Of a stretch of DNA of 64,000 nucleotides, positions 26,501 to 38,851 are shown in pieces (the first letter of the stretch is position 1; every line of letters starts with the position of its first letter). The position numbers and the translations under genes were made by a program. This DNA comes from Chiloscyllium plagiosum (lineage: Eukaryota): NCBI RefSeq assembly GCF_004010195.1, contig NC_057718.1:2552996-2616995 (forward strand). The letters are read 5' to 3'. The notes below the pieces were generated by a model. The model did not search any database, was not told the DNA's origin, and worked only from the letters and a program-made list of their open reading frames with translations.

Positions 26501-29500
26501 GATCACCAGAGGGAGGTTGTGATGATGTTCCTGACCTGATGTTCACATCTGTGTGTCTATGGCTCTCTTTCTCTCTCCATCTGCCTCTCCCTTCTCTCTC
26601 CCCCTCCCCTCTGTCTCTCCCCCTCCCTCTCCCTCTCCCCCCCCTCCCTCACCACCCTCCCTTCCCTCTCTGTCTCTCCCCCAGAACTCCATGAAGCTCC
26701 TGTATCGCTGTATGTGGCCTCTCTGTCAGAAACTGCTCTCCTCACCGGCTGGAATCCGCAGGCACATCCGCACTGTACACCTCGGGTAGGAAATATTGCC
26801 CAGCTGGAGGGGATGGGGAAACGGGGGGTTGAGGGTGAGACTGTGGGTAATGGGAGAACTGTGGGTTAGATACAGTGTAAAACTCTCTTTACACTGTCCC
26901 TATCAAACACTCCCAGGACAGGGACAGCACAGGGTTAGATACAGAGTAAAGCTCCCTCTGGTGTTTCTTTGAGCTCAGCCTATCCTGATTAAACCAGTGG
27001 TTGAATTCAATTGTGGTGTCTGTCTGCCCCCATGTGGTGTAGATGGTTATTGCGATGTCTGATGTGTTGAGCTCAGCCAACTGTGTGTGTGGGCAGGCAG
27101 TGTCTGTGATGCTGGTTCTCACCTGTGAATTGTGTCAAAATGTTTGACGTCAGCGATGAGAGAGAGAGGTGTGAGCATGTTGGAGTTATTCACCTCTGAG
27201 CAGAGTTGAGTGTATTAATGAGAAAATTGACATGTTGAAAATAGTGGGAGGATCCTGGATTGTAAGACTTACAATACTAAAGGAGCAGAGAGTGCTGGGT
27301 GAACCTGTGCAGAAATAGGTGATGATGTGTCAGAATGTGCTGGGAACACTGATGAAGTTTACAGCAATCCGGGCTCTGTTCATAGGGTTAAAACACAAGG
27401 ACATTACTGTGCGTCTTCAACAAACACTATTTCAGTCTTGGGGAGGACTGTGAATACTTCGACCTTTTCAGAATAATGTGAACTCTTGCAGAGGCTACAG
27501 TTGTAATTTAATGATACAACGAATGGGGCACTTCCTGGTGGAGATGGAGCAGACAAACTGGAACTGTTTTCCCTGGAGAGGAGGAGATTAAAAGGGAAAC
27601 TTAATCAAGGTGTTCAAACTCCTTACAGCTCCAGACTCCCAGCTTGAAGATGAAGAACCTGTTGTATTTACAGAAAGATAGAGGGTCCCAGTGCAAGATA
27701 ATGGGCAAAACAAATAATGATGACTAACGGAATAAAGTGGTCACACAACGAATGGTTAATATCTGACAGGCTGTGTGAGTGAGTGTGTCTTTCTAAACCG
27801 AAAGAGGATTTGCAGGAAGAAGGGGAAAGGCTAGGGAATCGAGGGGAGAGACTGGCCTCGCTGCTCCTATACAGAGCCAGCACACACATGATGGAGCAAA
27901 TGTAGTCTTTGTCACCTTTCCGTCTGAGAGTGCAGCAGGAGGATTGGTAACCATGCTGGCACCATGGCACCGTGGAAAATACTCAGTCACAGATTCAGAG
28001 GGAACGGTGAGGAATGGTTGGCTGTGCCATGAGTTGGAATCTGGAATTGGAGGCTTTGGCAAGCACATTCACTGGGAATATTTCAAAAGGGATTTGAAGG
28101 TGGATACGGAACAATCATTCAGGATGGAGCAGCGGTGGTGGGGGGTGGGGGGGTTACTCTTACAAAGAGCCAACTTGGAAATGATGGGCTGAACGTACTG
28201 CCTCACTCTGTGATATTGAATGAGGACAGGCTCTGAAGCACCATGAAGTTGAATATCCTGATCTTGCAGGTGGAGTTTGAGCTGAGTGTTTTGGTAATAG
28301 GTGGGGGAGGGGAGGGAGCTCTGGGGGCAATTCCCTGAGTGTCCCAGTCACCCCCCCTCTTTCCCCTTGACAGCAGATTAACCCCACTCCAGGGGTGGGA
28401 CGGATTTGATTTAGTGCGAGGGAGAAGTGGGCGAGGTGGTGGGAGAGGTGTGGGGGAGTGGGAGAGGTGTGGGGGCACGGGCAGGGAGGGCACTGGGAAA
28501 GGGGAGGGGGTGTGGACAAGTGGGTGTTTGGGGCAGGGGGCGCAGGGGAGCTGGGGTTGCTGTAATGGTGTTTTGTGGTTGGTTCTGACAGGCGTGGTGA
28601 CTGTGAACACAGCGATGGAGAAGAGGATTTCTATTACACTGAGATCTCAGTGAGTGAAGATGAGAACCCAGACACTGTGAGCACACGGCGCTGTGTGTCT
28701 CCACCTGCTGTACTCCAGGACCAGAGGGTCTCCATCACTCCGTCACAGGGAGGCAGCTCTGAACACCAGCACCCAGGCCCCCTCAGTCAGTCTGCTCCCA
28801 GCTCTCTGTGGCAGGTCTGTGTCGACCACACCTACCAGGTACACACACCACTCAGGGACTGTCAGTAAGACCCACTCCTCTCACAGTCAGAGACTCTCTG
28901 AGACCCACTCCTCTCACAGTCAGTGACTCTCTGAGACCCACTCCCCTCACAGTCAGTGACTCTCTGTGAGACCCACTCCCCACACAGTCAGAGACTCTCT
29001 CTGAGACCCACTCCTCACAGTCAGTGACTCTCTGAGACCCACTCCCCACACAGTCAGAGACTCTCTGTGAGACCCACTCCCCACACAGTCAGAGACTCTC
29101 TGTGAGACCCACTCCCTCACAGTCAGAGACTCTTTCTGAGACCCACTCCCCACACAGTCAGAGACTCTCTGTGAGACCCACTCCCCTCACAGTCAGAGAC
29201 TCTCTCTGAGACCCACTCCCCACACAGGCAAGAAGCATTTATTTGAGAGGGATAAATTCCAAACAATATCTTTAACTGGGGAAAGGGACAGTGGGGTGGA
29301 GCAGTGAGTGATCAGGGATGGTCGCAGAGAGCTGTCAGTGACACTATCAGACTGATGGTCTGAGTGGGTGGCCAGTGATGGTCTGAGTGGGTGGCCAGTG
29401 ACAGTCTGAGTGGGTGGTCATTGACGGTCTGAGTGGATGGTCACTGATGGTCTCGGTGGGTGGCCAGTGATGGTCTGAGTGGGTGGTTAGTGACCGTCAG

Positions 29501-31358
29501 AGTGGGTGGTCACTCGCAGTCGGAGTGGGTGGTCACTGACGGTCGGAGTGGGTGGCCAGTGACGGTCTCAGTGGGTGGTCATTGACGGTCTGATTGGGTG
29601 GTTAGTGACCGTCGGAGTGGGTGGCCAGTGACGGTCCCAGTGGGTGGCCAGTGACGGTCCCAGTGGGTGGTCAGTGATGGTCCCAGTGGGTGGTCAGTGA
29701 CGGTCTGAGTGAGTGGTCAGTGACGGTCTTGGTGATTGGTCAGTGGCGGTCTCATTGGGTGATCAGTGAGTGGACGGTGAGTGGTCGGTGACGGTCTCAG
29801 TGAATGGACAGTGGGTGGTTAGTGGTCAGTGGCGGTCTCAGGGGGTGGTCAGTGACGGTCTCGGGGATGGTCAGTGAGTGGTCAGTGACTGTCTCAGTGT
29901 GTGGTCAGTGATGGTCTTGGAGTGGTCAGTAAGTGGACAGTGAGTGGTCAGTGATGGTCTCAGTGTGTAGTCAGTGATGGTCTTGGAGTGGTCAGTAAGT
30001 GGACAGAGTGGTCAGTGACAGTCTCGGGGTGGTCAGTGCGTGGTCAGTGAATGGACAGTGGGTGGTCAGTGACAGTCGCGGGGGTGGTCAGTGAGTGGTC
30101 AGTGACGGTCTCAGTGAATGGACAGTGGGTGGTCAGTGACGGTCTCAGTGAGTAGTCAGTGATGGTCTCAGTGAATGGACAGTGAGTGGTCAGTGACGGT
30201 CTCAGTGGGTGGTCAGTGAGTGGTCAGTGACGGTCTCAGTGAATGGACAGTGGTCAGTGACAGTCTCAGTGGGTGGTCAGTGAGTGGTCAGTGATGGTCT
30301 CAGTGAATAGACAGTGAGTGGTCAATGATGGTTTCAGTGGGCGGTCAGTGAGTGGTCAATGGCAGTCTCAGTGAGTGGTCAGTGATTGGTCAGTGATGGT
30401 CTCAGTGAGTGGTCAATGATGGTCTCAGTGGGTGGACAGTGAGTGGTCAGTGACAGTGCCGGGGTGGTCAGTGATGTTCTCAGGGGGTGGTCAGTGACGG
30501 TCTCGGGGTGGTCAGTGCGTGGTGAGTGATGGTCTCAGTGCATGGTCAGTGATGGTCCCGGGGTGGTCAGTGAATGGTTAGTGACAGTCTCATGGGTGGT
30601 CAGTTACGGTCTCAGTGGGTGGACAGTGAGTGGTCAGTGACAGTCTCGGGGTTGTCAGTGTGTGGTCAGTAAATGGACAGGGGGTGGTTAGTGACGACCT
30701 CAGTGGGTGGTTAGTGACGGTCTCAGTGGGTGGTTAGTGATGGTTTCAGTGAGAGGTCAGTGACAGTCTCAGTGGGTGGACAGTGAGTGGTCAGTGATGG
30801 TTTCAGGGGGTGGTCGGTGACAATCTCAGTGGGTGGTCAGTGACGGTGTCAATGATGGTCTCAGTGAATGGTCAGTGACAGTCTCAGTGGGTGGTCAGGT
30901 GAGTGGTCAGTGACGGTCTCGATGGGTGGTCAGTGATGGTCTGAGTGGGTGGTCAGTGATGGGTCTCAATGAGAGTGGACAGTGAAAGCTTGCTGCCATC
31001 AGATGGTCACTGTTGGTCATTTCTGTTCCAGATCTCTCCAGATTACCGCTGTGCCTTCACATTTGGGGATTGCTCTGTCCAGCCACAAGTGGCCCTGCTG
31101 AAGCCCCATGTTGTTTTTGCCTCTCCAGTGCCCAGCTTCAGTGGGACAAGGTGAGTGACAGCAGGGGACAGCACTGAGACTGAGGATAGCCTTGTTTCTC
31201 ACAGCAGCAGTCTGCTCATGGCACTAACCACGTGTTTGTTTCACAGGAAGATCCGCGGGGAAGCTAAGAAGTGCCGCAAAGTGTACGGTTTGGAGAATCG
31301 AAACCAGTGGTGCACAGCCTGCCGCTGGAAAAAAGCCTGTCAACGTTTCCACGACTGA
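17279..31358 (+). CDS. ZNF395: ZNF395-family (ZNF395/ZNF704/SLC2A4RG) C2H2 + C-clamp transcription factor; join(17279..17530,18541..18791,22402..22508,22747..22934,26685..26785,28592..28838,31032..31150,31247..31358), 1377 nt = 458 aa
   Basis: N-terminus [17 protein letters not shown] as recalled for ZNF395; conserved [23 protein letters not shown]2H2 [46 protein letters not shown] and [30 protein letters not shown]. All introns are GT-AG and phases add up to an open frame. Exact orthology within the family is uncertain. Confidence 0.93.
17910..18212 (-). mobile_element. HE1-type SINE
   Basis: HE1 consensus; further copies at about 1-50(-), 11930-12205(-), 15890-16210(-), 53670-53940(+). Confidence 0.82.
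18541..18791 (+). CDS. ZNF395: ZNF395-like coding exon 2 ([17 protein letters not shown]...IDIPPR)
   Basis: Acceptor ggcccag ends 18540; donor GTAGGC at 18792; similar to ZNF395 VYVWYGGQECTGLVEQH. Confidence 0.92.
19102..19821. repeat. Near-perfect 360-bp tandem duplication
   Basis: 19102-19461 vs 19462-19821, only a few substitutions. Confidence 0.92.
20005..21660 (+). mobile_element. CR1 LINE fragments in ZNF395-like intron
   Basis: [43 protein letters not shown]. Confidence 0.85.
20531..20644. mobile_element. Short Penelope-terminus insert inside a CR1
   Basis: 13-bp TSD atcagtgactagt (20518-20530 / 20645-20657). Confidence 0.75.
22402..22508 (+). CDS. ZNF395: ZNF395-like coding exon 3 ([23 protein letters not shown]; CR1 motif), absent from ORF track
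   Basis: Acceptor tatccag ends 22401, donor GTAGGA at 22509; invariant family motif. Confidence 0.93.
22747..22934 (+). CDS. ZNF395: ZNF395-like coding exon 4 (…SDTPSP…[12 protein letters not shown]-like)
   Basis: Acceptor tgtcag ends 22746; donor GTAAGT at 22935. Confidence 0.92.
23440..25940 (-). mobile_element. Nested CR1 fragments (minus) in ZNF395-like intron
   Basis: [11 protein letters not shown]…[12 protein letters not shown]; [11 protein letters not shown]; includes a Penelope-terminus piece at about 24790-24925. Confidence 0.75.
26685..26785 (+). CDS. ZNF395: ZNF395-like coding exon 5 (C2H2 zinc finger)
   Basis: Long pyrimidine tract then cag; [34 protein letters not shown]; donor GTAGGA at 26786. 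Confidence 0.94.
26863..26960. repeat. Short satellite remnant (gggttagatacagagtaaagctccctct…), about 1.4 units
   Basis: gggttagatacag.gtaaa.ctc.ct recurs about 69 bp apart. Confidence 0.55.
28592..28838 (+). CDS. ZNF395: ZNF395-like coding exon 6 ([11 protein letters not shown]…LSQSAP…DHTYQ)
   Basis: Acceptor tgacag ends 28591; donor GTACAC at 28839, right after the conserved DHxYQ. Confidence 0.9.
28855..29228. repeat. About 33-bp minisatellite (gagacccactccccacacagtcagagactctct)n
   Basis: About 11 units immediately after exon 6. Confidence 0.92.
29330..30985. repeat. Complex minisatellite (gtggtcagtgacggtctcagtgg)n
   Basis: About 1.65 kb of 11/23-bp variant units. Confidence 0.92.
31032..31150 (+). 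CDS. ZNF395: ZNF395-like coding exon 7 ([12 protein letters not shown]…SGTR)
   Basis: Acceptor gttccag ends 31031; donor GTGAGT at 31151; phase 0 in, phase 2 out. Confidence 0.85.
31247..31358 (+). CDS. ZNF395: ZNF395-like last coding exon (C-clamp/CR3)
   Basis: Acceptor ttcacag ends 31246; [36 protein letters not shown] then TGA. Confidence 0.96.
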
Positions 31359-32547
31359 CTCAACGAGGAGTTACCGTGGGAACAGGGAGACTCCCGGCAT
31401 CGCCCCCTTCTCATGGGGTTTCTGTCTGTCAGCTCATTGTGTGAAGAGAGATTCCCCAGGATTGAGACAGAGTGGATTTCCCTCAGAATGACAGGCTGAC
31501 GTTGGAGAATGTTGGCCGATAGACTAGGAGCCTGCAATCGAGGTTTCACCTCGTCCCGGACTGTGGCCGGGGTGGTGAAAGGAAATTCTCTCTCTCTCTC
31601 TTTGAGAACGGTTATCCTCCAGGTTGGAGGGAAGGGATTGACAGGAATGTTCTGATGGACTACGTCTCTTAGAGCCTGGGACTCAGAGCTCCAGCCTCGT
31701 CTGAGCATTGATAGGACCCACTGACCTTCCTTGGGACAGGGCCTACTAACAGCATCCAGAGATTCCAGATTCTCAGGCACAGCATCACTCCCTGGAAATG
31801 GAATGTTCCTGGATTCAATCACCTTTCCAATTGGGATGCTCCATCTGCCATTGGTCATTTGTTTTTCCTCCAACGGGATTCCTCAGGGATTGGAGAGAAA
31901 GGAGCCCAGCTACCAAACTTCAGAGTGATGTCAGTAAAGGTTCTTCCAAAACTCCATGTGTCTGTGTTTGGAATCTCCTCGTTGTTTCAGACACTGAGTG
32001 ATTAATGACAGCCCCAGGATGTTTATAATGACCTGGATCAGTCTCAGTGTAACTCTCTGCAGGACCGGCTGGCATTGACGTAGGCATTGGAATGGACTAC
32101 TGCAGAAAGAGCCCAGACCACTCTGCAGAGTCCTCCTTACTAACACTAGATTTAGGTTTATTGTCATGTGTCTATAAAATTACAGAGAAAAGTGTTTTCT
32201 TCATATGTTTCACCACACTCTGGTGCCATCTTGAAACACTGAATATAATGCAAGATTTTACTGCAATAGAGTTTATCTTTCTCTCTTCTTCAGGTTCCTC
32301 CTCCTCTGCTCCTCCAGTAGCTGCTTGACCTTGGCTGGAGACTCTGCAACAGGCTCCTATTTCCAGGCCTTCAGGCTGCAACTCCCATGACTGCCATGTC
32401 TGAGCTGGAGCCCTGGGCCTGGCTATGTGCAGGTTCAGTTCCTCCTGATCCCCCATCTGAAGCACCTCCCAGATGCTGCCGCTGGTTATCAGTATTTAGG
32501 ATCCTCCACCATCCATCCCTTTCACCGCTTCCACTGTTCCTTCTGGA

Positions 32548-32754
32548 GTCAAAATGTGTGGTGCTAGAAAAGCACAACTAGTCAGGCAGCACCTGAGCAG
32601 CTGGAGAGTCGACGTTTTGGTCATTCCTGATGAGCAGCTTATGCTTGAAACGTCGACTCTCCTGCTCCTCGGGTGCTGCCTGACTGGCTGTGCTTTTCCA
32701 GCACCACATTTTTAAACTCTGATCTCCAGCAGCTGCAGTCCTCACTTTCTCCTT
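32548..32754. mobile_element. Short Penelope-terminus inverted dimer in the inferred ZNF395-like 3'UTR
   Basis: Near-TSD tg(t/c)tccttctgga; inverted arms; CTGATGAgcagcttatgcttGAAAcgtc at 32627-32654. Confidence 0.8.
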
Positions 32755-34813
32755 TGCTCCTTCTGGAAGCTGGGCCTAGTGGCAGCCTCAGCCTAGTCAC
32801 GGACCTGGTGCCTCGGCCTATCCTGTGAGTTCGGGCCGGGGGACTCAGCCTGGGACCTGCTCCTTGCTCGCTGAGAGACCTTGGGCTGGGATGGAGCCGT
32901 GTCTGGCTCGTCCTGGCGTTGCTGCCACCAGAGGCCTCCTCCTTTACTCGCCACGCTCCAGGCTTTAACCAGACTGGCTGCAAGGAGAGGTTTCACCCAC
33001 AGGCCCCAAACTCCAGCTGAAAGGTTCAAACTGCTTTTGGAGTCTCTGGTATCAGAGCACCCTGTCCCTGAGCATTAAGAGCGGTATGTAACCTCCTTTG
33101 TCAGCTCTGGGCCTCAGGCAGTGCCTTGTTATGTTTGTGAGGAGGAGAGCACTGCGTGCTCAATGGTCCCATACCTGAGCAATGTTGAGTATCTGCCTGG
33201 TTCTAGTGTTACTGCCCAACGCTTGGAACTTTCTCTCTCGTCACGCCCCACTCAGAGCAATCTCCACGTGTTTCTTACTGAATGTGAAAGTGTGCACCAG
33301 CGTAAGACCCTGTCCTGATCAGCTCGGTGTTGATAGACTCAGAATAATGTGATAAAGCTGGGATCGATATTTACAAATCCCCATCTGTGTGTCACACCCA
33401 CAGCCTCTAGCTCTGTGGGTCGCTTGACAAAGTGAATCTGAACAAAATACACCCCTCCCACGTCCTCCATTGCCCCCCCAGCAACCCCCTCACCCACCAA
33501 GACCAGCGCTAACTACTGGAGTTAAACAGAGTGTTGGGTTAACAAGCGCAGAATACACTGGAGAGACTCAACACTGTCTGTGGGGAGACAGACAGGGAGA
33601 GAGAAAGAGAGAAACAAGGTTAATGTTTCGGGTCCAGTGATCCTTCTCCAGAACTCCATCCTGTTCCCCAGACTCTCCATGCTCCACACACGTGACCCTC
33701 TCTGCTCCCCTGACCTTTCCCACCCCGCAGCATCTGTGCCAGCTTGGAATCTGGGAGTCTATGTTTCAAACACAGCGTGAGTGATTGAGAATACAATCAA
33801 ACCCCGTTCTGAATTTAAATAGCAATATGAATATTATCGGATTGAAATGGTTTTCTATATTTATACAATAGGAAATTTGAACAGAGTGAATTTAAAACCC
33901 GAATGGGAATTGAAGATGAGTGCTGATTGCTAATCCTGTGGACTACAAATCCCACAAGTGCCTTTAGAAATTGGCGACTCTGAGAGGAGAGCTCCGAGTG
34001 GTTTCAGACACAACCTTTCTGATAGGATTCAGGGAGAAAGAACCTGATTTTTTGGGGGTATTTGAGTGGGTCACACATCATAAACAGGACAAAAAGACAT
34101 TCTGTCTGTCCCATAAATGAGTCACGTAGTCTGTGAGTTTTAGTGCGAGTGTGATGCCACTGCATAGATTCTGCATCACAATGTCTGGTCAAACAGCTGA
34201 TTATAACAGGAAGAGCATTGAGTATACTCAACCAGCACATTGTGTGAGGAACCCAGAACATAGTGACCAAGATTACGTGTGATTCCATGATTGGACTGCA
34301 CATTCTGAACAATCCAGGGTGCACTATGAATTACACAAACAGCTAATTCAAGATTCTCAGTAACACCCCTAAAAAGGTTCATTTAGTCTTGCTAGAAACT
34401 ATATGTAATCACATACATACAGCCTGGTCCTCTGCATGCAAAAGGCATTTGTTCAGAAATTTCAGCTTTTCAATCTAACAGAAATTTGGAGATACCTATC
34501 CCTTGGTGCATTCCCCATAACAATCCCTTATCCAATCAAAGTTAAGTTGTCTTTCATTAATTTTAAACATATTGTTTGGGACATGGTCATGCAGAATGTA
34601 CTAGGGAAGAGATATCTCCCAATCAGAGTCCAATTAGCACCCTTTTCTTTATGTAGCATACATTGTTATTCGTGTTTGGGTTTGGTATTCTTGCAATTAT
34701 GTCCTGATGAGTGAAAGATGAGAAATGTCACCAGCATGTCTCATTATGTAACTGTATCTGAGTTTTGTAATACCAAGAGACTATTTGTATTTTGATAAAA
34801 CTTCCTAATTTTA

Positions 34814-34819
34814 AATAAA
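34814..34819 (+). terminator. Probable polyadenylation signal of the ZNF395-like gene (3'UTR about 3.5 kb)
   Basis: AATAAA preceded by an AU-rich stretch with TGTA elements (tatttgtattttg). Confidence 0.45.
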
Positions 34820-35039
34820 AAGTGCAAGTTTAAAATGTGACTTCAGTTTGATAATTTTCATCAATGATAATCAATCCTGTCTGCAGGTCTTTGGCACTGT
34901 GTTTGAAACAAGCAGACTCAGGAAGTAAGTGCTATAGGGAAAACTAGCATTTATTGCTCAGTCCTAGTTCCTGGGGAGGGCAAGAATCCCAGTGGCCCTG
35001 ACATAACTCAAACTGGGTGGCATTGCAGCTGAAGTGCCA

Positions 35040-35670
35040 CTAGATAGTTCTGTCAATGGATCCAGATATCACTGTCCTGATGATCAAGAGTAGCCTGATG
35101 GGGCGGTAATAGGCCATTGGTTTTCTCCTGCTTTTTGTGTGCAGGACATAATTGGGCAATTTTCCACATTGTCGGGGAGATGCCAGTGTTGTAACTGTAC
35201 TGGAACAGCTTGGCTCGGGGAGCATAAGTCTTCGGTACCGTTGCCGGAATGTTGTCAAGGCCCGTAGCCTTTGCAGTATCCAGTGTCTCCAACTACTACT
35301 TGATATCACGAGGAGTGAATTGAATTGACTGGAGACTGGTGATGCTGGGGACCACTGGAGGAGGCCGAGATGAATCATCCACAGGGCACTTCTGGCTGAA
35401 GATTGCTGTGAATACTTCAGCCTTAGCTTTTGCACTGGTGTACTGGGGTCTTCCATCATTAAGGACAGGGATATTTGTGGAGCCTCCTCCTCCAGTGAGT
35501 GTTTAATTGTTCACCACCATTCCCGACTGGATGAAGCAGGACTGCCAAGCTTCGATCTGATTCATTAGTTGTGGGATCACTTATCTCTGTCTACCACTTA
35601 CTGCTTATGCTGTTTGGGATGCAAGTAGTCCTGTTTGGTGGCTTGACCAGCTTGACCTCTCATCTTCAGG
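35040..35670 (-). mobile_element. LINE RT fragment
   Basis: LDTAKATGLDNIPATV…KLFQYSYNTGI.PTMWKIAQLCP.HKK…YRPIRLL. Confidence 0.8.
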
Positions 35671-35679
35671 TAAGCCTGG

Positions 35680-36752
35680 TTATGCAGACCACTCCCTCCG
35701 TGACTCCCTTGTCAGGCCCACACCCCCCACCAACCCAACCTCCACTCCCGGCACCTTCCCCTGCAACCGCAAGAAATGCAAAACTTGCGCCCACACCTCC
35801 CCCCCTTACTTCCCTCCAAGGCCCCAAGGAATACTTCCATATCCACCACAAATTCACCTGCACCTCCACGCACATCATTTACTGCATCCGCTGCACCCGG
35901 TGTGGCCTCCTCTGTATTGGGGAGACAGGCCGCTGTTTGCGGAACATTTCAGAGAACACCTCTGGGACACCCGGACCAACCAACCCAACCACCCCGTGGC
36001 TCAACACTTCAACTCCCCCTCCCACTCCACCAAGGACATGCAGGTCCTTGGACTCTTCCATCGCCAGACCATAGCAACACGACGCCTGGNNNNNNNNNNN
36101 NNNNNNNNNNNNNNNNNNNNNNNNNNNNNNNNNNNNNNNNNNNNNNNNNNNNNNNNNNNNNNNNNNNNNNNNNNNNNNNNNNNNNNNNNNNNNNNNNNNN
36201 NNNNNNNNNNNNNNNNNNNNNNNNNNNNNNNNNNNNNNNNNNNNNNNNNNNNNNNNNNNNNNNNNNNNNNNNNNNNNNNNNNNNNNNNNNNNNNNNNNNN
36301 NNNNNNNNNNNNNNNNNNNNNNNNNNNNNNNNNNNNNNTCCATCGCCAGACCATAGCAACACGATGGCTGGAGAAAGAGCGCCTCATCTTCCGTCTAGGA
36401 ACCCTCCAACCATAAGGGATGAATTCCGATTTCTCCAGTTTTCCTCATTTCCCCTCCCCCCACCTTGTCTCAGTCCCAACCCTCGAACTCAGCACCACCT
36501 TCCTAACCTGCAATCTTCTTCCTGACCTCTCCGTCCCCACCCCGCCTCCGGCCTATCACCCTCACCTTATCACCCTCACCTTAACCTCCTTCCACCTATC
36601 GCATTTCCAATGCCCCTCCCCCAAGTCCCTCCTCCCTACCTTTTATCTTAGCCTGCTTGGCACACTTTCCTCATTCCTGAAGAAGGGCTCATGCCCGAAA
36701 CGTCGATTTCTCCTGCTCCTTGGATGCTGCCTGACCTGCTGCGCTTTTCCAG
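35680..36752 (+). mobile_element. Penelope-like element 3' part: GIY-YIG endonuclease plus 3' terminal repeat with hammerhead core
   Basis: FPCNRKKCKTC…FTCTSTHIIYCIRCTRCGLLCIGETGR…FREHL…VAQHFN…LIFRLGTLQP*GMN; ends with CTGAAGAagggctcatgcccGAAAcgtc (36677-36704). Confidence 0.88.
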
Positions 36753-37337
36753 CTGTGCTCCTGGCATGCGGTCCTGTATTCTCCATTGAACCAGTTGTAT
36801 CATTCCTCAGTGAGTTTATTGATCACAATTAATGTGTAATTTCATGATAGCACTGGGATAATGAAGAGATGGTGTTGTGAAAGACAGGCTGGTATAAATT
36901 GCTCAGCAGCTTAGGTGGGTTTGCACTCCTGTACTGTACCTCTTTATCCCTGAATTAAGTATAGAATTTACACATTAATAATATTGTACTTCTCAAGACC
37001 CAGTTTGTGAAGGAGGGACACAAAACCAATGTTTACTGTGGGACCACAGCACTGTCACAGTACAGTTATCTATTCCCGATGAAGGGCTTTTGCCCAAAAC
37101 ATTGATTTTCCTGCTCCTCGGATGCTGCCTGAACTGCTGTGCTTTTTCAGCACCACTCTGATCTAGAACCCAGTGTAGTTATCTATCCAGCTCTTGGTGA
37201 CTGAAAGAGCCATTATTACACAAGCTACAAACTAACTTAATGTGCCACACAAAATAAAAAAAAACAAATTACCAAAACTCACCACTCACCCCTTGGAACT
37301 CAATAATCCTAAGCATAACTTTGAATTAGACAATTTG

Positions 37338-38027
37338 ATCCTGACATGAGCCCCCAATTTGTTATGAACTAGACCAAACCCCTGAGGAAATTGACCCTAA
37401 TGTTTATCTTATTTAAAAGCAAGTGTGAGATGCTCTGTTCTGGATGTTATTTGTTTGTTTACTCAATGCGTCTTTAAGCAAGAGACACTCAATTCTCTCC
37501 TTTCATAGAGTCATACAGCACAGAAACCCACTCTTCGGTCCAACCGGTCCATTGCAAACAATATCCCAAACTAAACTGTTAAAATACAAACATAAGAAAG
37601 AAGCATTGGCTTTACTTTAACTTTATTGAAAAACTTACCAGAATAATAGACTAGTTAACTACTAACTGTAACTGTTCCAATATATTAACATTCCATAAAC
37701 CCTTGGCAAATGCAAAGTAAAACAGAATCTCTTGCATGCAATTTGAGCAACAGGAAGAGAATCCCAGCCTTTAGCTGTAACAGAGAGCCAAATGTTACAG
37801 CCTCCACAGCCAATTTCAAACCCCTAACAACTGCTGAAGGCTAAACTAAAACCCTGGTTCTGTGGGAGCCTGAATCCACCCATCGAGGCTGCTTTTATTG
37901 TTCTAACTTAAAAAGCCTCACAGACTGTTTATTGGCTTGGGAGAAACAACTCACCACCTACGGCTCAAAATCTTTTTTCAAAAAAACCAGAACAAAATGC
38001 ACTGCTTAAAGCCACAGAATCATTGCA
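37338..38027 (-). mobile_element. LTR (37360-38027) with adjacent tRNA-Pro-type primer-binding site
   Basis: TGTTATGA…CA termini; minus strand reads TGGGGGCTCATGTCAGGAT next to the LTR end, resembling PBS-Pro TGGGGGCTCGTCCGGGAT. Confidence 0.7.
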
Positions 38028-38532
38028 GAGTTCTCCCACTGAGACTTGATCCAAAACATTAACCTTGGGGTTACCAAACCATAACGTTGCTAAAATGCCA
38101 CTCTCTCCAACCGTGCCCCTGCATAATTAGTTTCTAATTAACCTGTTCTGAAATGTTATTCCACACTTCTAGAGCAGGTGGGACTTGAACCCAGGCCTCT
38201 TGATACAGAGGGTGGGACACTACCACTTTTCCACAAGAGCCCAATGTGTTGCTCTTTAATGGGTTTCATATTTTATCAGACTATATTAATGTGAAACAAC
38301 CCCTTAAGGGGCATTGTAATTGAATTCTCACTGAAACTTATAAACTTTAGATTGAGACCTGACAGTGAGAAATGTCTCATTATGTTCTTTTGAAAATGAA
38401 GTAAATCAGTATTAGCCTCTTGAAGGTGCATGATAACACAGGTGATATGTTCAAAGAAGACTGGAATTGAACCCCAGCAGATGTTGGGTATGGGGTGGAG
38501 AAGGAGATAATGTACACCAGCCCTCACCATAC

Positions 38533-38700
38533 CTATTGGACACAACCTCAATCATGCCAGAGGACACCTTGTGTTTCTTTTCCTGGGATTCCTGGGCACA
38601 GATAAACCATGGAAGAGAGACAGACGGGAGTAACAGCCACTTACTGGACCTATTAATGCCCACTGTGGGCAGATCAAGGAGGACAATCATCAGGAGATCC
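38533..38700 (-). pseudogene. Possible decayed transmembrane exon
   Basis: …KWLLLPSVSLPWFICAQESQEKKHK… (hydrophobic run then basic residues) ending at AG|GTATGG. Weak. Confidence 0.22.
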
Positions 38701-38851
38701 TCAGATCTTCCCACACTCCTCCTCACTGAGTGCCCAAATACTGAGGCTGAGGTGCAATTTCAAAGCAGCCCTCTCAAATGATTGAATGAGCGTCTGCTAT
38801 GTCCCCTGTACACTGGGAGCATGTGTTCCTCAAGGCATTGGGAGCCACTAG

